From NCBI GenBank assembly GCA_942490825.1, contig CALNYG010000005.1, positions 6,240 through 70,239 on the forward strand: a DNA stretch of 64,000 bases. The letters are read 5' to 3'. The DNA comes from Candidatus Moraniibacteriota bacterium (GTDB lineage Bacteria; Patescibacteriota; Minisyncoccia; Moranbacterales; GCA-2747515). The translations under genes were made by a program, and so were the position numbers. Below, piece after piece: positions 40,519-50,902 of this stretch. Each line of letters begins with the position of its first letter. Positions within the stretch are counted from its first letter, which is position 1. The notes below the pieces were generated by a model. The model searched no databases, was not told the DNA's origin, and saw nothing but the letters and a program-made list of their open reading frames with translations.

Positions 40519-41178
40519 CTATTCAATTAAACCATCTTTTAAATTTATTCTACGAGAAGCAAAGCTAGCTGTGTAATCATCATGAGTAACTAAAATAATT
40601 GTCTTTCCAGAATCATTAAGTTCTTTAAATATACTCATGACTTCCTTGCCCGACTTACTATCTAAATTTCCAGTTGGCTCATCGGCTAAAATAATCTCTG
40701 GATCATTAATAAGTGCTCGAGCAATTGCAACTCTCTGCTTTTGTCCGCCAGAAAGTTCATTGGGACGATGATCAAATCTTTCCCCCAATCCAATTTTTTT
40801 TAAAATTTCTTTAGCTTTAAAAATATCTTCATTTCCTGCATAAAAACTGGGCAAAGAAACATTTTCTAAAACAGTTAAATCAGGAATAAGATTAAAACTT
40901 TGAAACACAAATCCTAAATATTTATTTCTAACTATTGCTAATTCATCTTCACTAAGTTTTGCAACATTGTCATTATTTAAAAAATAATCACCTTTTTCAG
41001 GAGTATCTAAACAACCCAAAACATTTAATAAAGTTGTTTTACCTGATCCAGATGGACCCATTAAAACAATAAACTCACCTTTTTTGATTTCAACATCTAC
41101 ACCTTTAATAATTGGTACAAAAACTTTACCCAGTTGATAACCTTTGTGTACTTCCTTAAGTGAAATGATATTTTCCAT
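40519..41178 (-). CDS. ABC transporter ATP-binding protein (MacB/LolD type)
   Basis: Walker A GPSGSGKTT, signature LSGGQKQR, Walker B ILADEPTGNLD. Confidence 0.9.
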   Translation of the reverse strand: MENIISLKEVHKGYQLGKVFVPIIKGVDVEIKKGEFIVLMGPSGSGKTTLLNVLGCLDTPEKGDYFLNNDNVAKLSEDELAIVRNKYLGFVFQSFNLIPDLTVLENVSLPSFYAGNEDIFKAKEILKKIGLGERFDHRPNELSGGQKQRVAIARALINDPEIILADEPTGNLDSKSGKEVMSIFKELNDSGKTIILVTHDDYTASFASRRINLKDGLIE

Positions 41179-41184
41179 AAAAAA

Positions 41185-42375
41185 TTATTTTACAATAATT
41201 ACTTCTTCTCCGACTTTTAATCCAGATTTTATTTCCACTTTTTTTAAATTAGTAAATCCAGTTGTTACTTCCCTATTTTCCAGTCCATTTTCAGTTTTAA
41301 CAATTACTATTTTTTTACCGTCTTTACTGCGAACTGCCTCGCTAGAAATAACTAGAACGTCTTTAACTTCTCCTGATACTAAATCGGCAGTTCCTGACAT
41401 GTCACTTAAAAACTTTTTATCTGATTCATTAATAGAAATGATTACTTTATAACTAGCTAGATCATTAGCGTCTAACTCAGCCACAGGAGAAACAAAAATA
41501 ACTTGTCCTTCAAACTTTTGCTCAGGATAAGCGTCTAATTCAATATACGTTTTCATTTCTGGTTCTATTTGTAAAGCCTCCATATCTTCAACATAAGACT
41601 CAAACCAAAAACTCTCCGGATCAACTAAAACAATAAATGAATCACCGGATACTTTATCTCCACCAACAACACTTCCAATTGTTCCATTAATTTGAGCTAC
41701 TATAACATTATCAACTGGGGAAGTTATTTCGTATTTATCATATGCCTCTTGAGATGCAGCATAGGAGGATTGACTTTTTTCAAGTTGATATTTAGAATTT
41801 TGATAACTTTCTTCAATTTGCTCAAGTTGTTTTTTAGAATTTTTTATGTCAGCTTCAGCAGAATCTTTTTTAATTTTCTGAGAAAGAGCTTGTGAAGAAT
41901 CTTTTCCGTATAATTCAACATATTTATCATATAAGTCATCTTCATTATCTTTTTTTTCTTTAGCCGCTTTATATGTATCTTTTTTAATTTTATAATCAAC
42001 ACCTTCTTTTGAAAGTCTTTCGGAATTTAATACGCTTGATTCTAAATCAGCTCTTGATTGTGCTACCCTATTATCTTCAGAACTAGAATCGGAACTAGCT
42101 AAAACCTTATTTTTATTTACTTTATCACCTAATTTTACATAAATATTATTTACAGTTCCCGGATTAAGAAATTCCATTTTCCATGTATCAAAAATAATAC
42201 TACCGTCAACGGATATCGCTGTTTGGATGTCACCTTTGACAACTTTTTCTGTATCATATTCTAACTCTGAAGAAGTATCTTTTTTGAAAAAAATAAAATA
42301 AATTCCAATAATAAAAATTAATATTCCCAATGTATAAAATATTTTTTTCTTATGTTTTTTAATTATTGCTTTCAT
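41185..42375 (-). CDS. Periplasmic adaptor (membrane fusion protein, HlyD/MacA type)
   Basis: N-terminal TM, a long coiled-coil region, and a beta-barrel C-terminal part. It is adjacent to the ABC ATPase. Confidence 0.75.
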   Translation of the reverse strand: MKAIIKKHKKKIFYTLGILIFIIGIYFIFFKKDTSSELEYDTEKVVKGDIQTAISVDGSIIFDTWKMEFLNPGTVNNIYVKLGDKVNKNKVLASSDSSSEDNRVAQSRADLESSVLNSERLSKEGVDYKIKKDTYKAAKEKKDNEDDLYDKYVELYGKDSSQALSQKIKKDSAEADIKNSKKQLEQIEESYQNSKYQLEKSQSSYAASQEAYDKYEITSPVDNVIVAQINGTIGSVVGGDKVSGDSFIVLVDPESFWFESYVEDMEALQIEPEMKTYIELDAYPEQKFEGQVIFVSPVAELDANDLASYKVIISINESDKKFLSDMSGTADLVSGEVKDVLVISSEAVRSKDGKKIVIVKTENGLENREVTTGFTNLKKVEIKSGLKVGEEVIIVK

Positions 42376-42458
42376 TATTTATTTTATTAAAAATGATTTA
42401 AATGTTTTATTTTAATACTTGTTTATTTTTTAAAATTTAATTATAAAATTTTATTAAA

Positions 42459-42935
42459 TTAAATTCCTTTAATTTTTATAGTCTCAATATTATCTCCACT
42501 TTTCCAAACAGAAATATAAGCTCCTTTTTTCAATTCTTCAAAACTAGCTTTCATCACATTTCCTGAACCATCGCCAGTTCCTTTAATAATTAATGTTCCT
42601 ACTGGTATTTCCATAGAAATGTCCTTTGTCTGAATATTTTCTTTTTCTTCTGTTTTTAGAGCTTGTCTTTCTTCCTGAGTCATATTCTGACGTTCTTCCT
42701 TTTTCTCAGCTTGTTCTTCTTCAGAAAGAATATCTAGTCCTATTTCATTTTTAATAACTATCTTATTTCCATCTGTTAAAGAAATTATTCCATTAAGATC
42801 TGCCGGACGACTTGGTGTAACAACTTCTGACTCTTCACTTAAAAGATCTGTTAATTGATCTGATTCTGATTTTTCACCACACCCAGAAAAAATGATGATA
42901 CTACTTAAAACAAAAAACATCATTAATATTTTCAT
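42459..42935 (-). CDS. Lipoprotein (hypothetical)
   Basis: Lipobox FSGC. 158 aa. Confidence 0.55.
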   Translation of the reverse strand: MKILMMFFVLSSIIIFSGCGEKSESDQLTDLLSEESEVVTPSRPADLNGIISLTDGNKIVIKNEIGLDILSEEEQAEKKEERQNMTQEERQALKTEEKENIQTKDISMEIPVGTLIIKGTGDGSGNVMKASFEELKKGAYISVWKSGDNIETIKIKGI

Positions 42936-43061
42936 ATTTTTATTTAAAAAAATTATTTAATTAAACTAACTCATTTCACCTAATGCTATTATATTACATA
43001 GTACGTTTTAATTCAAAAAATATTTCATTTTATAAAAAATAAATTTAAATATTTTATCAAA

Positions 43062-44282
43062 CTATTCGTATCTCAACGTATCAATTGGTTTCAATTTAGA
43101 AGCTTGGACTGATGGATAGTATCCGAAAAAAACTCCAATTGCAACGGTAAAAAAAATAGAGAGTAAATAACTCCACCAAATAAAAATAATGTCCAGACCA
43201 TAAATCTTCAATATATAAAAAATTCCTGTGGCTAAAAATAATCCGACTCCCGCACCAAAAATACTTAAAATAACTGATTCTAATAAAAATTGTAACATAA
43301 TATAAAGTTTTTTAGCACCAATAGCTTTACGAATTCCAATTTCCTTAGTTCTCTCTTTAACGATAATATGCATTACATTCATAATTCCAATTCCTCCCAC
43401 TAAAAGAACAATAAATCCGACACTTCCTAAAAGTAATGACATCGTTCTGGCACTATCTTTAGCTGATTGAACATTTGCACCCATATCTCGTAAACGAAAA
43501 TCTTCAGGAACTCCCGGACGAATACCATGTTCTTTACGTAAAATTTGCCCTGCATCATTCATAGCTAAATCAATCACATTAACGCTCGTGGCTTCCAAAT
43601 TTAAATTAAATTTTCCACTTTTTCCCAACGCATATCTATATGAAGATGAATATGGCATAATCACACTTTCATCAATTGATATTGGACCTATAGAACCTCC
43701 CTTGTATTTTGCTACACCTATAATTTCAAATTGTTTTTTACCAATTCTAATTGATTCACCAATAACATCAGCATCTCTGGTGCCATATAATTCCTCAACA
43801 ACAGTCGCTCCTAAAACAGCGACTTTCAAATGATCATCTTCTTCTTCTTGATTGAAAAATCTACCTGATTCAAGTTCTAGGCTAACGATTTCTTTAACTT
43901 CAGGAAAACTTCCGAGAATCCCAGACTGAAATAAATTATCATTATTACTAACTTGTACTTTACCTGTTAACTGAGGAACTGCTCGTGAAATATTTTCACT
44001 CTCAAGCAAACTATCAATATCATCAGAACTTAATTTCGATTTTTGTCCTTCCGATGTTGAAGGAGCATTTACAAAAATAGTAGTTACGCTCATATTAGAA
44101 TATTGTTCTTCAATTTTAGAACTGGCTCCGGCACCCATTTCAATTACTAAAACAATAGTAGCTGCTCCAATAATAATACCCAGAGATGTTAAGAAGGATC
44201 GAGCCTTATTTTTATGTAAACTTCTCCAAGCTAGTTTTAAAGTTCCTTTTTGTATATAAAATGATTTATTCTTTTTATTCAT
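43062..44282 (-). CDS. ABC transporter permease (MacB/FtsX family)
   Basis: 406 aa with a MacB_PCD-like periplasmic domain and a C-terminal FtsX 3-TM module ending PIDTLRYE. Confidence 0.85.
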   Translation of the reverse strand: MNKKNKSFYIQKGTLKLAWRSLHKNKARSFLTSLGIIIGAATIVLVIEMGAGASSKIEEQYSNMSVTTIFVNAPSTSEGQKSKLSSDDIDSLLESENISRAVPQLTGKVQVSNNDNLFQSGILGSFPEVKEIVSLELESGRFFNQEEEDDHLKVAVLGATVVEELYGTRDADVIGESIRIGKKQFEIIGVAKYKGGSIGPISIDESVIMPYSSSYRYALGKSGKFNLNLEATSVNVIDLAMNDAGQILRKEHGIRPGVPEDFRLRDMGANVQSAKDSARTMSLLLGSVGFIVLLVGGIGIMNVMHIIVKERTKEIGIRKAIGAKKLYIMLQFLLESVILSIFGAGVGLFLATGIFYILKIYGLDIIFIWWSYLLSIFFTVAIGVFFGYYPSVQASKLKPIDTLRYE

Positions 44283-44314
44283 TATTTTATTTTTTAGAAT
44301 TTAACATTAGATAC

Positions 44315-44557
44315 CTATTTATTCTTTACTTTTATTCTATCAAAAATAATCGCCATTGGACAATAACCAGTCAAAGAAAAATTCATAAACATCACCCCCA
44401 CAAAAATCGTAAAATAAATAAATTTAATATTAACTTTCAAAGCTAAAACAGCCGAAATAAAAATAAAAAATCCACCCACTAAATAAACCATTCTTTCAAT
44501 ATACCAATGATCAGTTTTAATTCGATAAAGTTTTTTATCTTTAAATTCTTTTTGCAT
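44315..44557 (-). CDS. DUF2892-type small membrane protein
   Basis: 80 aa. ERMVYLVGG followed by two TM helices, as in YgaP-C-like proteins. Confidence 0.55.
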   Translation of the reverse strand: MQKEFKDKKLYRIKTDHWYIERMVYLVGGFFIFISAVLALKVNIKFIYFTIFVGVMFMNFSLTGYCPMAIIFDRIKVKNK

Positions 44558-44587
44558 ATTTTTTAAGTTTAAAAAATTATTCCTAGT

Positions 44588-44724
44588 ATGTTATCCCCGC
44601 GTAGGCGGGGATCCAGAAACATAAAATTATAAGTTAAATTATAAACTAAAGTTATTTTGTAGACTTAAAATTTAGTTATCCTGGACTCCCTTCCACTTCA
44701 TTTCGTTACGTCCGGGAAAGACAT
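44588..44724. repeat. 137-nt nested-palindrome element (canonical form)
   Basis: ATGTTAT-CCCCGC-gtag-GCGGGG-ATCCAG, AT-rich centre, then CCTGGA-CTCCC...GGGA-AAGACAT. It has the same length and architecture as the element at 31698-31834. Confidence 0.85.
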
Positions 44725-44763
44725 AAATTTTTAATATTATGAATCTTAAACCTCTACCGCTAA

Positions 44764-47700
44764 TTACTTTTCCCAATTATTTTTCTCTGAAATGTAATAA
44801 AGAATTGGGAAAATAACTAAAGTCAAAAATGACGATATCGACAAGCCCAGTGCAATTGACCATGCTAATCCTTCCCAAACAGGATCTGAAATGATTGTTA
44901 AAGAACCTAAAATTGTTGTCATCGAGGTTAATAAAATTGGCATAAAACGAGTCCTTCCGGATTCAATCAAAGCATCTTTAATTGAATAATTTTTCTTTTT
45001 TAAATCATTAATATGTTCCAAAAGAATAATCGCATTATTAACCACAATTCCTGCCAAAGCAATTACACCAATCATTGAGGTTGCATTAAAATAAGTTCCC
45101 TTGATAAAACCTAGTAAAGCGAACCCAGGCAAAACTCCAATCAAAGCTAAAGGAATTGTTCCCATAACTAGCAACGGAATTTTTAAAGATTCAAACTGTG
45201 CCACCAAAACAAAATAAATCAAAAATATCGCCACTGCCATTGCAATTCCTAAATCTCGAAAAACTTCCAGAGTTAACTTCCACTCACCATCAATTTTAAT
45301 GGAAAATTCTTCGCCAGTTTTTTTATCCTGATAATTAATTTGAAACAAAGACCATGAGGTTACCTTTCCATTCCCATTTGGTAAAGTGTAATTTAACAGA
45401 GGTTTAAAAATATCTATCACACCATAGGTCACACTCCGATCTCCCATTTCTGCAAAAATATAATTGGTTTTTTCCCGCTGATCAGAAAAAATTGTAGCTG
45501 ATGTTTCTTGATTTATTTTTGTGACTAATTCACTAAACGGAATATTTTCTCCTTGATTATTTGGAATATAAATATTTTCTAAATCAACTTTTTCATTATG
45601 ACTTTCTTTTGAAAAATCTAAAATAATAAATTCCCTTTCCGTCTTGCGTAAATTTTCCTGATTATTTTCATGATACAAACTAACTTTCATTCCACTTAAA
45701 GCAATTCTTAAAGTTTGATTAATTTGGGTAACAGAAACTCCTGAAAGACTGGCTTTTTCTCGATCAATTTCATAAACAAATTCTAAACCTTTTTCTTCCA
45801 ATGAAGAATCTACATCAACTACTTGATTAATTTCTGAAACTTTATCTTGAATGTCCTGAGTGATTTGATTTAAAACTTGTTGATTTTCTCCTTGAATTTT
45901 TAACAAGAAAGTTGAAAGAACTGGTGGTCCTGGAGGATCTTGAATTATCTGCATTTTTAAATCAGGATAATTTTTCAACTGATCATTCATTTTTTCTCGT
46001 AATCTTAAAACTATTTTTTCTGAACTGATTTTACGATCATCTGAATGAGTCAAATTAATTTTTAAAGTTGCTTGATTTTCGCCTACTCGCCCTTCGCTTC
46101 CTTTGAATAATCCATTAAAATCAATGATTTGAGCCTCACCAATAAAACCTTGAATATTCTTTGCTTCACTTTCATTTTCTAAAATTAACTTTTCAATTTC
46201 TTCAGCTACTTGATTGGTTTTTTCAAAAGAAGTATTTGTTGGTAAATCTAAATAAACGTAAAATTGTTCCATGTCCGCAATCGGCAACATTCTAAATTTC
46301 ACTATTTTAAGGGCTGGCAACAAAACTGAAATGAAAAATAAAATAGTAGCTACAATTAAAATTTTATTTTGTAACTTTTTTTTATTTAAAATTGAACTTA
46401 ATATTTCACTGTATTTATTTTTAACTTTATTCATTTTAGTAATGAAAAAGTTTTCCTTTTGATGAACGTCGCTTTCTTTTTTAATAAAAAGATTTATTAA
46501 AAAAGGAATTGAAGTAAACGCTACAAACATGGAAACTATTAAAGCAACCGGCACAAAAAATGAAATCGGTCCCATGTACGGTCCCATCATTCCTGTGATG
46601 TAGGCCATTGGTACAAAAGCTAAAACTGTAGTAATCGTTGACATAATTAAACCATTTCCCACTTCATCCACTGCTCTAATTGAAATTAATTTTTTATCTT
46701 TAACATTTCCTGACTTTAGTAAACGTAAAATATTTTCAACAACAACCGTTGCACTGTCTACCAAAAGACCCAGTGATAAAATCAAAGCGAAAAGTGTAAT
46801 CCGATTCACTGTTTGTCCTGCTAAATTTCCAATACCAAAAATTGTTGCTAGAGTTAGAGGAATAGAAATAGAAACTACTAATGCACTTCGCCATCCCAGA
46901 AATAAAAATAGAATTAAAGATACGATTGCAATGGAAGTGAAAAGATTTTTAGTTAATCCCATTACTGCTTCTGAGGCTACTTGTCCTTCATTTCGCAAAA
47001 TGTTAATCTCAACATTATTTGGAATAGTTTTTTGTTTTAAATTTTCTACCTCTTGTAAAATTGAATCGGAAACAACCGTTGCATTTACTCCTTTTAATTT
47101 AGAAATCGCGATATAAACGCTAGAATCATTTTGTTTATCTTTTTCAAAAAAATTAACTTTATTATTTATTTCTCCAATTGAATATGAAATTTCTGCAACG
47201 TCTTCTAAATACAAAATGCTTTTTCCAGAATCACGTAAAACTAATTTTTTCAAATCATTTTCATTTCGAATATTGCCTTGAATTTTAACTGGAAAATTAT
47301 TTACATCACTACTAATATTTCCTGCATTTACATTTCCATTACTATTTAAAATTGCTTGATAAATTTCTAAAGTTGAAATATTATAAACATTCAACTTATT
47401 CTGATCTAAATTTACTCGTAACTCTCGAGCCTGTCCGCCCTTAACTTCAATTTGTGAAGTTCCTTCTGTTAACTTTAGTTTATCTTTTAAATCAAAAGCT
47501 AAAGCTCGCAAGGAATCTTGTGAAAATTGATTGGATGAAAGTCCTATGGTAACAATCGGCACATTGTCAGGATCGATAGTTTTAATAATTGGATTATTAG
47601 CTCCTAATGGTTTCAAATCAATATTTTCTTCCATTTTTTGCGTTAATTCAACTTTTGCATCCTCTAAATTTTCGCCAATGTAATATTGAACTGTAACGAT

Positions 47701-48009
47701 ACTTGCTCCGCCATCTCGAGATTGAGACATGACTTTATCAACTTTTGGCAATTCTTTAACTTTATCTTCCATCGGTCGAGTAATTAATTCGTAGACTTCA
47801 TCGCTACTTGCTCCTGGAAATTCTGTAATAATATTAAAAGCTGGTGCTACAATTTCTGGATTATATTGTTTTGGCATAATTGCAAAAGAGAAAATTCCCC
47901 AGGCAAAAATAGCTAAAATTGTGATTATGCTCAACTCTTTATTATAAACAAATATTTTAGCTAGCTTTCCAGCAAAACCTAATTTGTTATTTTTTATTTG
48001 TTGTTGCAT
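44764..48009 (-). CDS. RND-family efflux transporter (AcrB/CzcA/CusA superfamily)
   Basis: 1081 aa with a 12-TM plus two large periplasmic loops architecture and typical RND sequence throughout. Confidence 0.9.
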   Translation of the reverse strand: MQQQIKNNKLGFAGKLAKIFVYNKELSIITILAIFAWGIFSFAIMPKQYNPEIVAPAFNIITEFPGASSDEVYELITRPMEDKVKELPKVDKVMSQSRDGGASIVTVQYYIGENLEDAKVELTQKMEENIDLKPLGANNPIIKTIDPDNVPIVTIGLSSNQFSQDSLRALAFDLKDKLKLTEGTSQIEVKGGQARELRVNLDQNKLNVYNISTLEIYQAILNSNGNVNAGNISSDVNNFPVKIQGNIRNENDLKKLVLRDSGKSILYLEDVAEISYSIGEINNKVNFFEKDKQNDSSVYIAISKLKGVNATVVSDSILQEVENLKQKTIPNNVEINILRNEGQVASEAVMGLTKNLFTSIAIVSLILFLFLGWRSALVVSISIPLTLATIFGIGNLAGQTVNRITLFALILSLGLLVDSATVVVENILRLLKSGNVKDKKLISIRAVDEVGNGLIMSTITTVLAFVPMAYITGMMGPYMGPISFFVPVALIVSMFVAFTSIPFLINLFIKKESDVHQKENFFITKMNKVKNKYSEILSSILNKKKLQNKILIVATILFFISVLLPALKIVKFRMLPIADMEQFYVYLDLPTNTSFEKTNQVAEEIEKLILENESEAKNIQGFIGEAQIIDFNGLFKGSEGRVGENQATLKINLTHSDDRKISSEKIVLRLREKMNDQLKNYPDLKMQIIQDPPGPPVLSTFLLKIQGENQQVLNQITQDIQDKVSEINQVVDVDSSLEEKGLEFVYEIDREKASLSGVSVTQINQTLRIALSGMKVSLYHENNQENLRKTEREFIILDFSKESHNEKVDLENIYIPNNQGENIPFSELVTKINQETSATIFSDQREKTNYIFAEMGDRSVTYGVIDIFKPLLNYTLPNGNGKVTSWSLFQINYQDKKTGEEFSIKIDGEWKLTLEVFRDLGIAMAVAIFLIYFVLVAQFESLKIPLLVMGTIPLALIGVLPGFALLGFIKGTYFNATSMIGVIALAGIVVNNAIILLEHINDLKKKNYSIKDALIESGRTRFMPILLTSMTTILGSLTIISDPVWEGLAWSIALGLSISSFLTLVIFPILYYISEKNNWEK

Positions 48010-48215
48010 AAATTTTTATAATTAGTTTTTAATAAAAAGTTAATTATCTTTTAAGAAATTTTAGATTAATAAACATCCTTGAGGAAAGCCTTGGATTTGC
48101 CATTTTCTTACTTTGCTCGAAAACGAGGTACTTTAATCGAAATTGATTTATAGTATTTTCTGCCAAAAAGGTCGGGGAATTTAACCTTATAGATATTAAA
48201 ACATTCTAAATTAAA

Positions 48216-49271
48216 TTATTTTTCTAAATACTTAGCGATCCAAAAAGAACTTGGGATTTGAATAAAATAAGACAAAGCGATTGGAATTGTAATCATTGAT
48301 AAACGTTCATCTTGAAAAATCAAAGAAATTCCTAAACCTAAAGCTAAAGTAATATAACGCAAATAACTTCCCCAAATAAAAGATTTTCCTTTATCCGAAT
48401 TTAAGAAAAATTTATAAATAAAAATAACTAAGCCTAATGTTAATCCGTAATAAATAAATAATGGTAAGATTAATTTTATAATTATTATCGGCTGATCAAA
48501 AATTACTAAGTTATTATTTAAGCTCATTAGTAAAAATAAAACAATTATTAATCCTAAATTACTAAATTTGCCAAAGTTAGATTTTATTTTATTAAAATAT
48601 TCTTGACCTTTAAATTTAATAATTGTTTTTTGGGTAAAAAAAGCTAAAATTAAAGGTATGACTACAATAAAAAATACTGGCAAAGCTATTTTAAATGGAC
48701 TAATTGATCCTCCCAATCCACAAGATGCCACTCCTTGAGTCATCTGTTCAGCCACACAAGATTCTCCACTACTAGCACTTCTTACAAAGTTATTTTCTAA
48801 ATTAGAATCTAACTTAGCCATTGTTGTAGAAATTACAAAGGGTACAATTAAAATAGCTAACAATAAATTAAAAATTATTATTCCAATAGTTGTTGGCATA
48901 TCAGCTTTAGATTTTAAAGCCCAAGTAGTCACCATTCCACCTCCTGGCAAAACTGATAATAAAATTAAACCTGTCCACAAAGCTGGTTGATCTTGTAGAA
49001 AAAAATAGCCTAAACCAATAGCTAACAATGGAGAAAAAATAAAATTTATTAAAACAGAAAGTAATATAATTTTATAACTTTTAACTGAGTCTTTAAGTCT
49101 ATTAAAACCTAGGGGAACTAATGAGGGATAAACCATAAATACAGCAGCTAACAGACAGATTAATGATGTAAAATTTAAACCTCCCCAAATTTTAACCTGT
49201 GCTAAACCTAAAATTATTGAGGCAGAAATCCACCAAAATAAATTTTTTTGTATATTATCTAAAATTTTCAT
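48216..49271 (-). CDS. BASS/ACR3-superfamily permease (bile acid:sodium symporter fold)
   Basis: 351 aa with about 10 TM. It carries the LLSVLPGGGMVTTWALKSKADMPTT signature and a Cys-containing loop, SGESCVAEQMTQGVASCG. Confidence 0.7.
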   Translation of the reverse strand: MKILDNIQKNLFWWISASIILGLAQVKIWGGLNFTSLICLLAAVFMVYPSLVPLGFNRLKDSVKSYKIILLSVLINFIFSPLLAIGLGYFFLQDQPALWTGLILLSVLPGGGMVTTWALKSKADMPTTIGIIIFNLLLAILIVPFVISTTMAKLDSNLENNFVRSASSGESCVAEQMTQGVASCGLGGSISPFKIALPVFFIVVIPLILAFFTQKTIIKFKGQEYFNKIKSNFGKFSNLGLIIVLFLLMSLNNNLVIFDQPIIIIKLILPLFIYYGLTLGLVIFIYKFFLNSDKGKSFIWGSYLRYITLALGLGISLIFQDERLSMITIPIALSYFIQIPSSFWIAKYLEK

Positions 49272-49299
49272 GTTTTTATTAATAAAAAATTAATTATTT

Positions 49300-50472
49300 T
49301 TAATTCTCAATAACCTCATCCTCATCCTTCAAATAAAACTGACCTTCGACAACTATTTTCTCACCTTCAGAAACTCCTGAAATAATTTCTATTTTATCAT
49401 CGCCAATAAAACCAATCTCTATTTTTTTCTTCTGCACAATATTATTTTCATCTGCTACAAAAACAAAATTGTCATAATATTCTTTTACTAAAGATTCTTG
49501 CGGAATAGTTAAAACATTTTCTTTCCTCTCAGTTTCGATAAAAACTTTTACAAATTTTCCCAATCTAAAATCTGCACTTTCTTCAATTGCAATTTTGACT
49601 AAAGATTTACGAGTGACTTTATCAGTCATCGGACTAATAGAAATTATCTCGCCTTCAAAGTTTTTCTGTTCATCATCCGAAGAAATTTTAACTTTTTGAC
49701 TCTCTGATAAAAATTCAACTAAATCTTCAGAAACTGAAATGTTAATTTCTTTCTTTTCAGATTTTGCAATTGAAAAAACTGATTGATTTGGAGACGCTAA
49801 ACTTCCCATGCTTACATTTTTTGAAGTAATTATTCCTGAGTAAGGTGCTTTAATGTAACGATTATTTGCCTGACTTTGAGCGATTTTCAACTGACTTTCC
49901 ACTGAAGTTAAGTTAGCCTCAGTTGACTGCACTTGTAAATCACCCATTTTTTTTACACTTTTTACTGCCTCTTCAGCTTGCTTTACTCCTTTTTTTGCAA
50001 TATCTAATTCATCCTTACTAGCATCACTCTTTTTCAAAACATCATATTCTTTTTCATTTTTTTTCAAATCAGACTTTGCCTCATCAACTGCCTGATCATA
50101 GTAATCATCCGCCTCATCAACTACTAATTTTATTGAGTCAACATTATCTTGAACTGCACTTACTTGAGTTAAAATTTCGTTTCCGTCTAAAACTGCTAAA
50201 ATTTCTCCTTTATAAACTTTATCCCCTTCTTTTTTACGGATATCAATAACATAACCCGACATTTTAGAATGAATAGCGGTTTCTTCTTCTCCGGAAACTA
50301 TGGATGAAAATTGAGATACTTTTTCAATCTTATTATTCTCAACTATTTGAGTTTTTACATTTTTAACTGTTTTATTTTCTGAATCATCATCTTTATCTTT
50401 TTTAAAAACAAAAATCGAAAAAATAGATAATACTAAAAATAAAATTAATATAAATAAAATCTTCTTTTTCAT
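49300..50472 (-). CDS. RND efflux periplasmic adaptor subunit
   Basis: 390 aa with an N-terminal TM, biotinyl-lipoyl-like and coiled-coil hairpin segments, and a beta-barrel C-terminus. Confidence 0.8.
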   Translation of the reverse strand: MKKKILFILILFLVLSIFSIFVFKKDKDDDSENKTVKNVKTQIVENNKIEKVSQFSSIVSGEEETAIHSKMSGYVIDIRKKEGDKVYKGEILAVLDGNEILTQVSAVQDNVDSIKLVVDEADDYYDQAVDEAKSDLKKNEKEYDVLKKSDASKDELDIAKKGVKQAEEAVKSVKKMGDLQVQSTEANLTSVESQLKIAQSQANNRYIKAPYSGIITSKNVSMGSLASPNQSVFSIAKSEKKEINISVSEDLVEFLSESQKVKISSDDEQKNFEGEIISISPMTDKVTRKSLVKIAIEESADFRLGKFVKVFIETERKENVLTIPQESLVKEYYDNFVFVADENNIVQKKKIEIGFIGDDKIEIISGVSEGEKIVVEGQFYLKDEDEVIEN

Positions 50473-50540
50473 ATAATTATTAAATTAATTTTAAGAATTA
50501 AAATTAAGAACGAAACATTAACATCTCTAAAAATCTAGCT

Positions 50541-50620
50541 GTCTATTTGTCTAAATGTCTAAATGTCTAAATGTCTAAATGTCTAAATGTCTAAATGTCT
50601 AAATGTCTAAATGTCTATTT
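50541..50620. repeat. Tandem 8-bp repeat, 10 units
   Basis: gtctattt, then 8 x gtctaaat, then gtctattt. The last unit contains the stop codon of the CsoR-like gene. Confidence 0.95.
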
Positions 50621-50884
50621 ATCCTGAGCTGTCTTAATTACTTTCAAAATATCTTGTTTAAACTTTTTGTCTTTATTTTTATTTCCTACAATGCACTTAT
50701 TCAAATGACCTCCTAAAATTGATAAATTAGCTGATTTTAATAATCCAATCACGGCCAAGTTTTGTTGCACTACACTAAAACAATCTTTTTCATCTTCCTC
50801 CAACTCTACTTTTTCAATTATTTTCTCTAAACTAGTTTTAGCTTTTTTTAAAGCAATTGCTACTTTTTTTTGTTGTGCATCCAT
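50615..50884 (-). CDS. csoR: CsoR/RcnR-family metal-sensing repressor (C-H-C signature)
   Basis: ...EKDCFSVVQQNLAVIGLLKSANLSILGGHLNKCIV has Cys, then His, then Cys 4 residues later, with CsoR spacing. The start is placed at the MDAQQ ATG (50884). An upstream ATG at 50935 is also open but would put the palindrome inside the CDS. Confidence 0.65.
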   Translation of the reverse strand: MDAQQKKVAIALKKAKTSLEKIIEKVELEEDEKDCFSVVQQNLAVIGLLKSANLSILGGHLNKCIVGNKNKDKKFKQDILKVIKTAQDK

Positions 50885-50902
50885 ATTTTCAAAGTTAATT
50901 TT

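Noticed and set aside
48010-48215. Metal riboswitch (NiCo, Mn yybP-ykoY) in the 206-nt spacer before the RND pump gene
   Set aside because: The spacer is slightly GC-richer, but I found no conserved cores (for example GGGGAGUAG) and only a trivial CTCG-TTTT-CGAG hairpin.
50541-50620. Possible CRISPR array
   Set aside because: The units are 8 bp, contiguous and without spacers, so this is a microsatellite. No CRISPR-like repeat-spacer structure or cas genes occur anywhere in the window.
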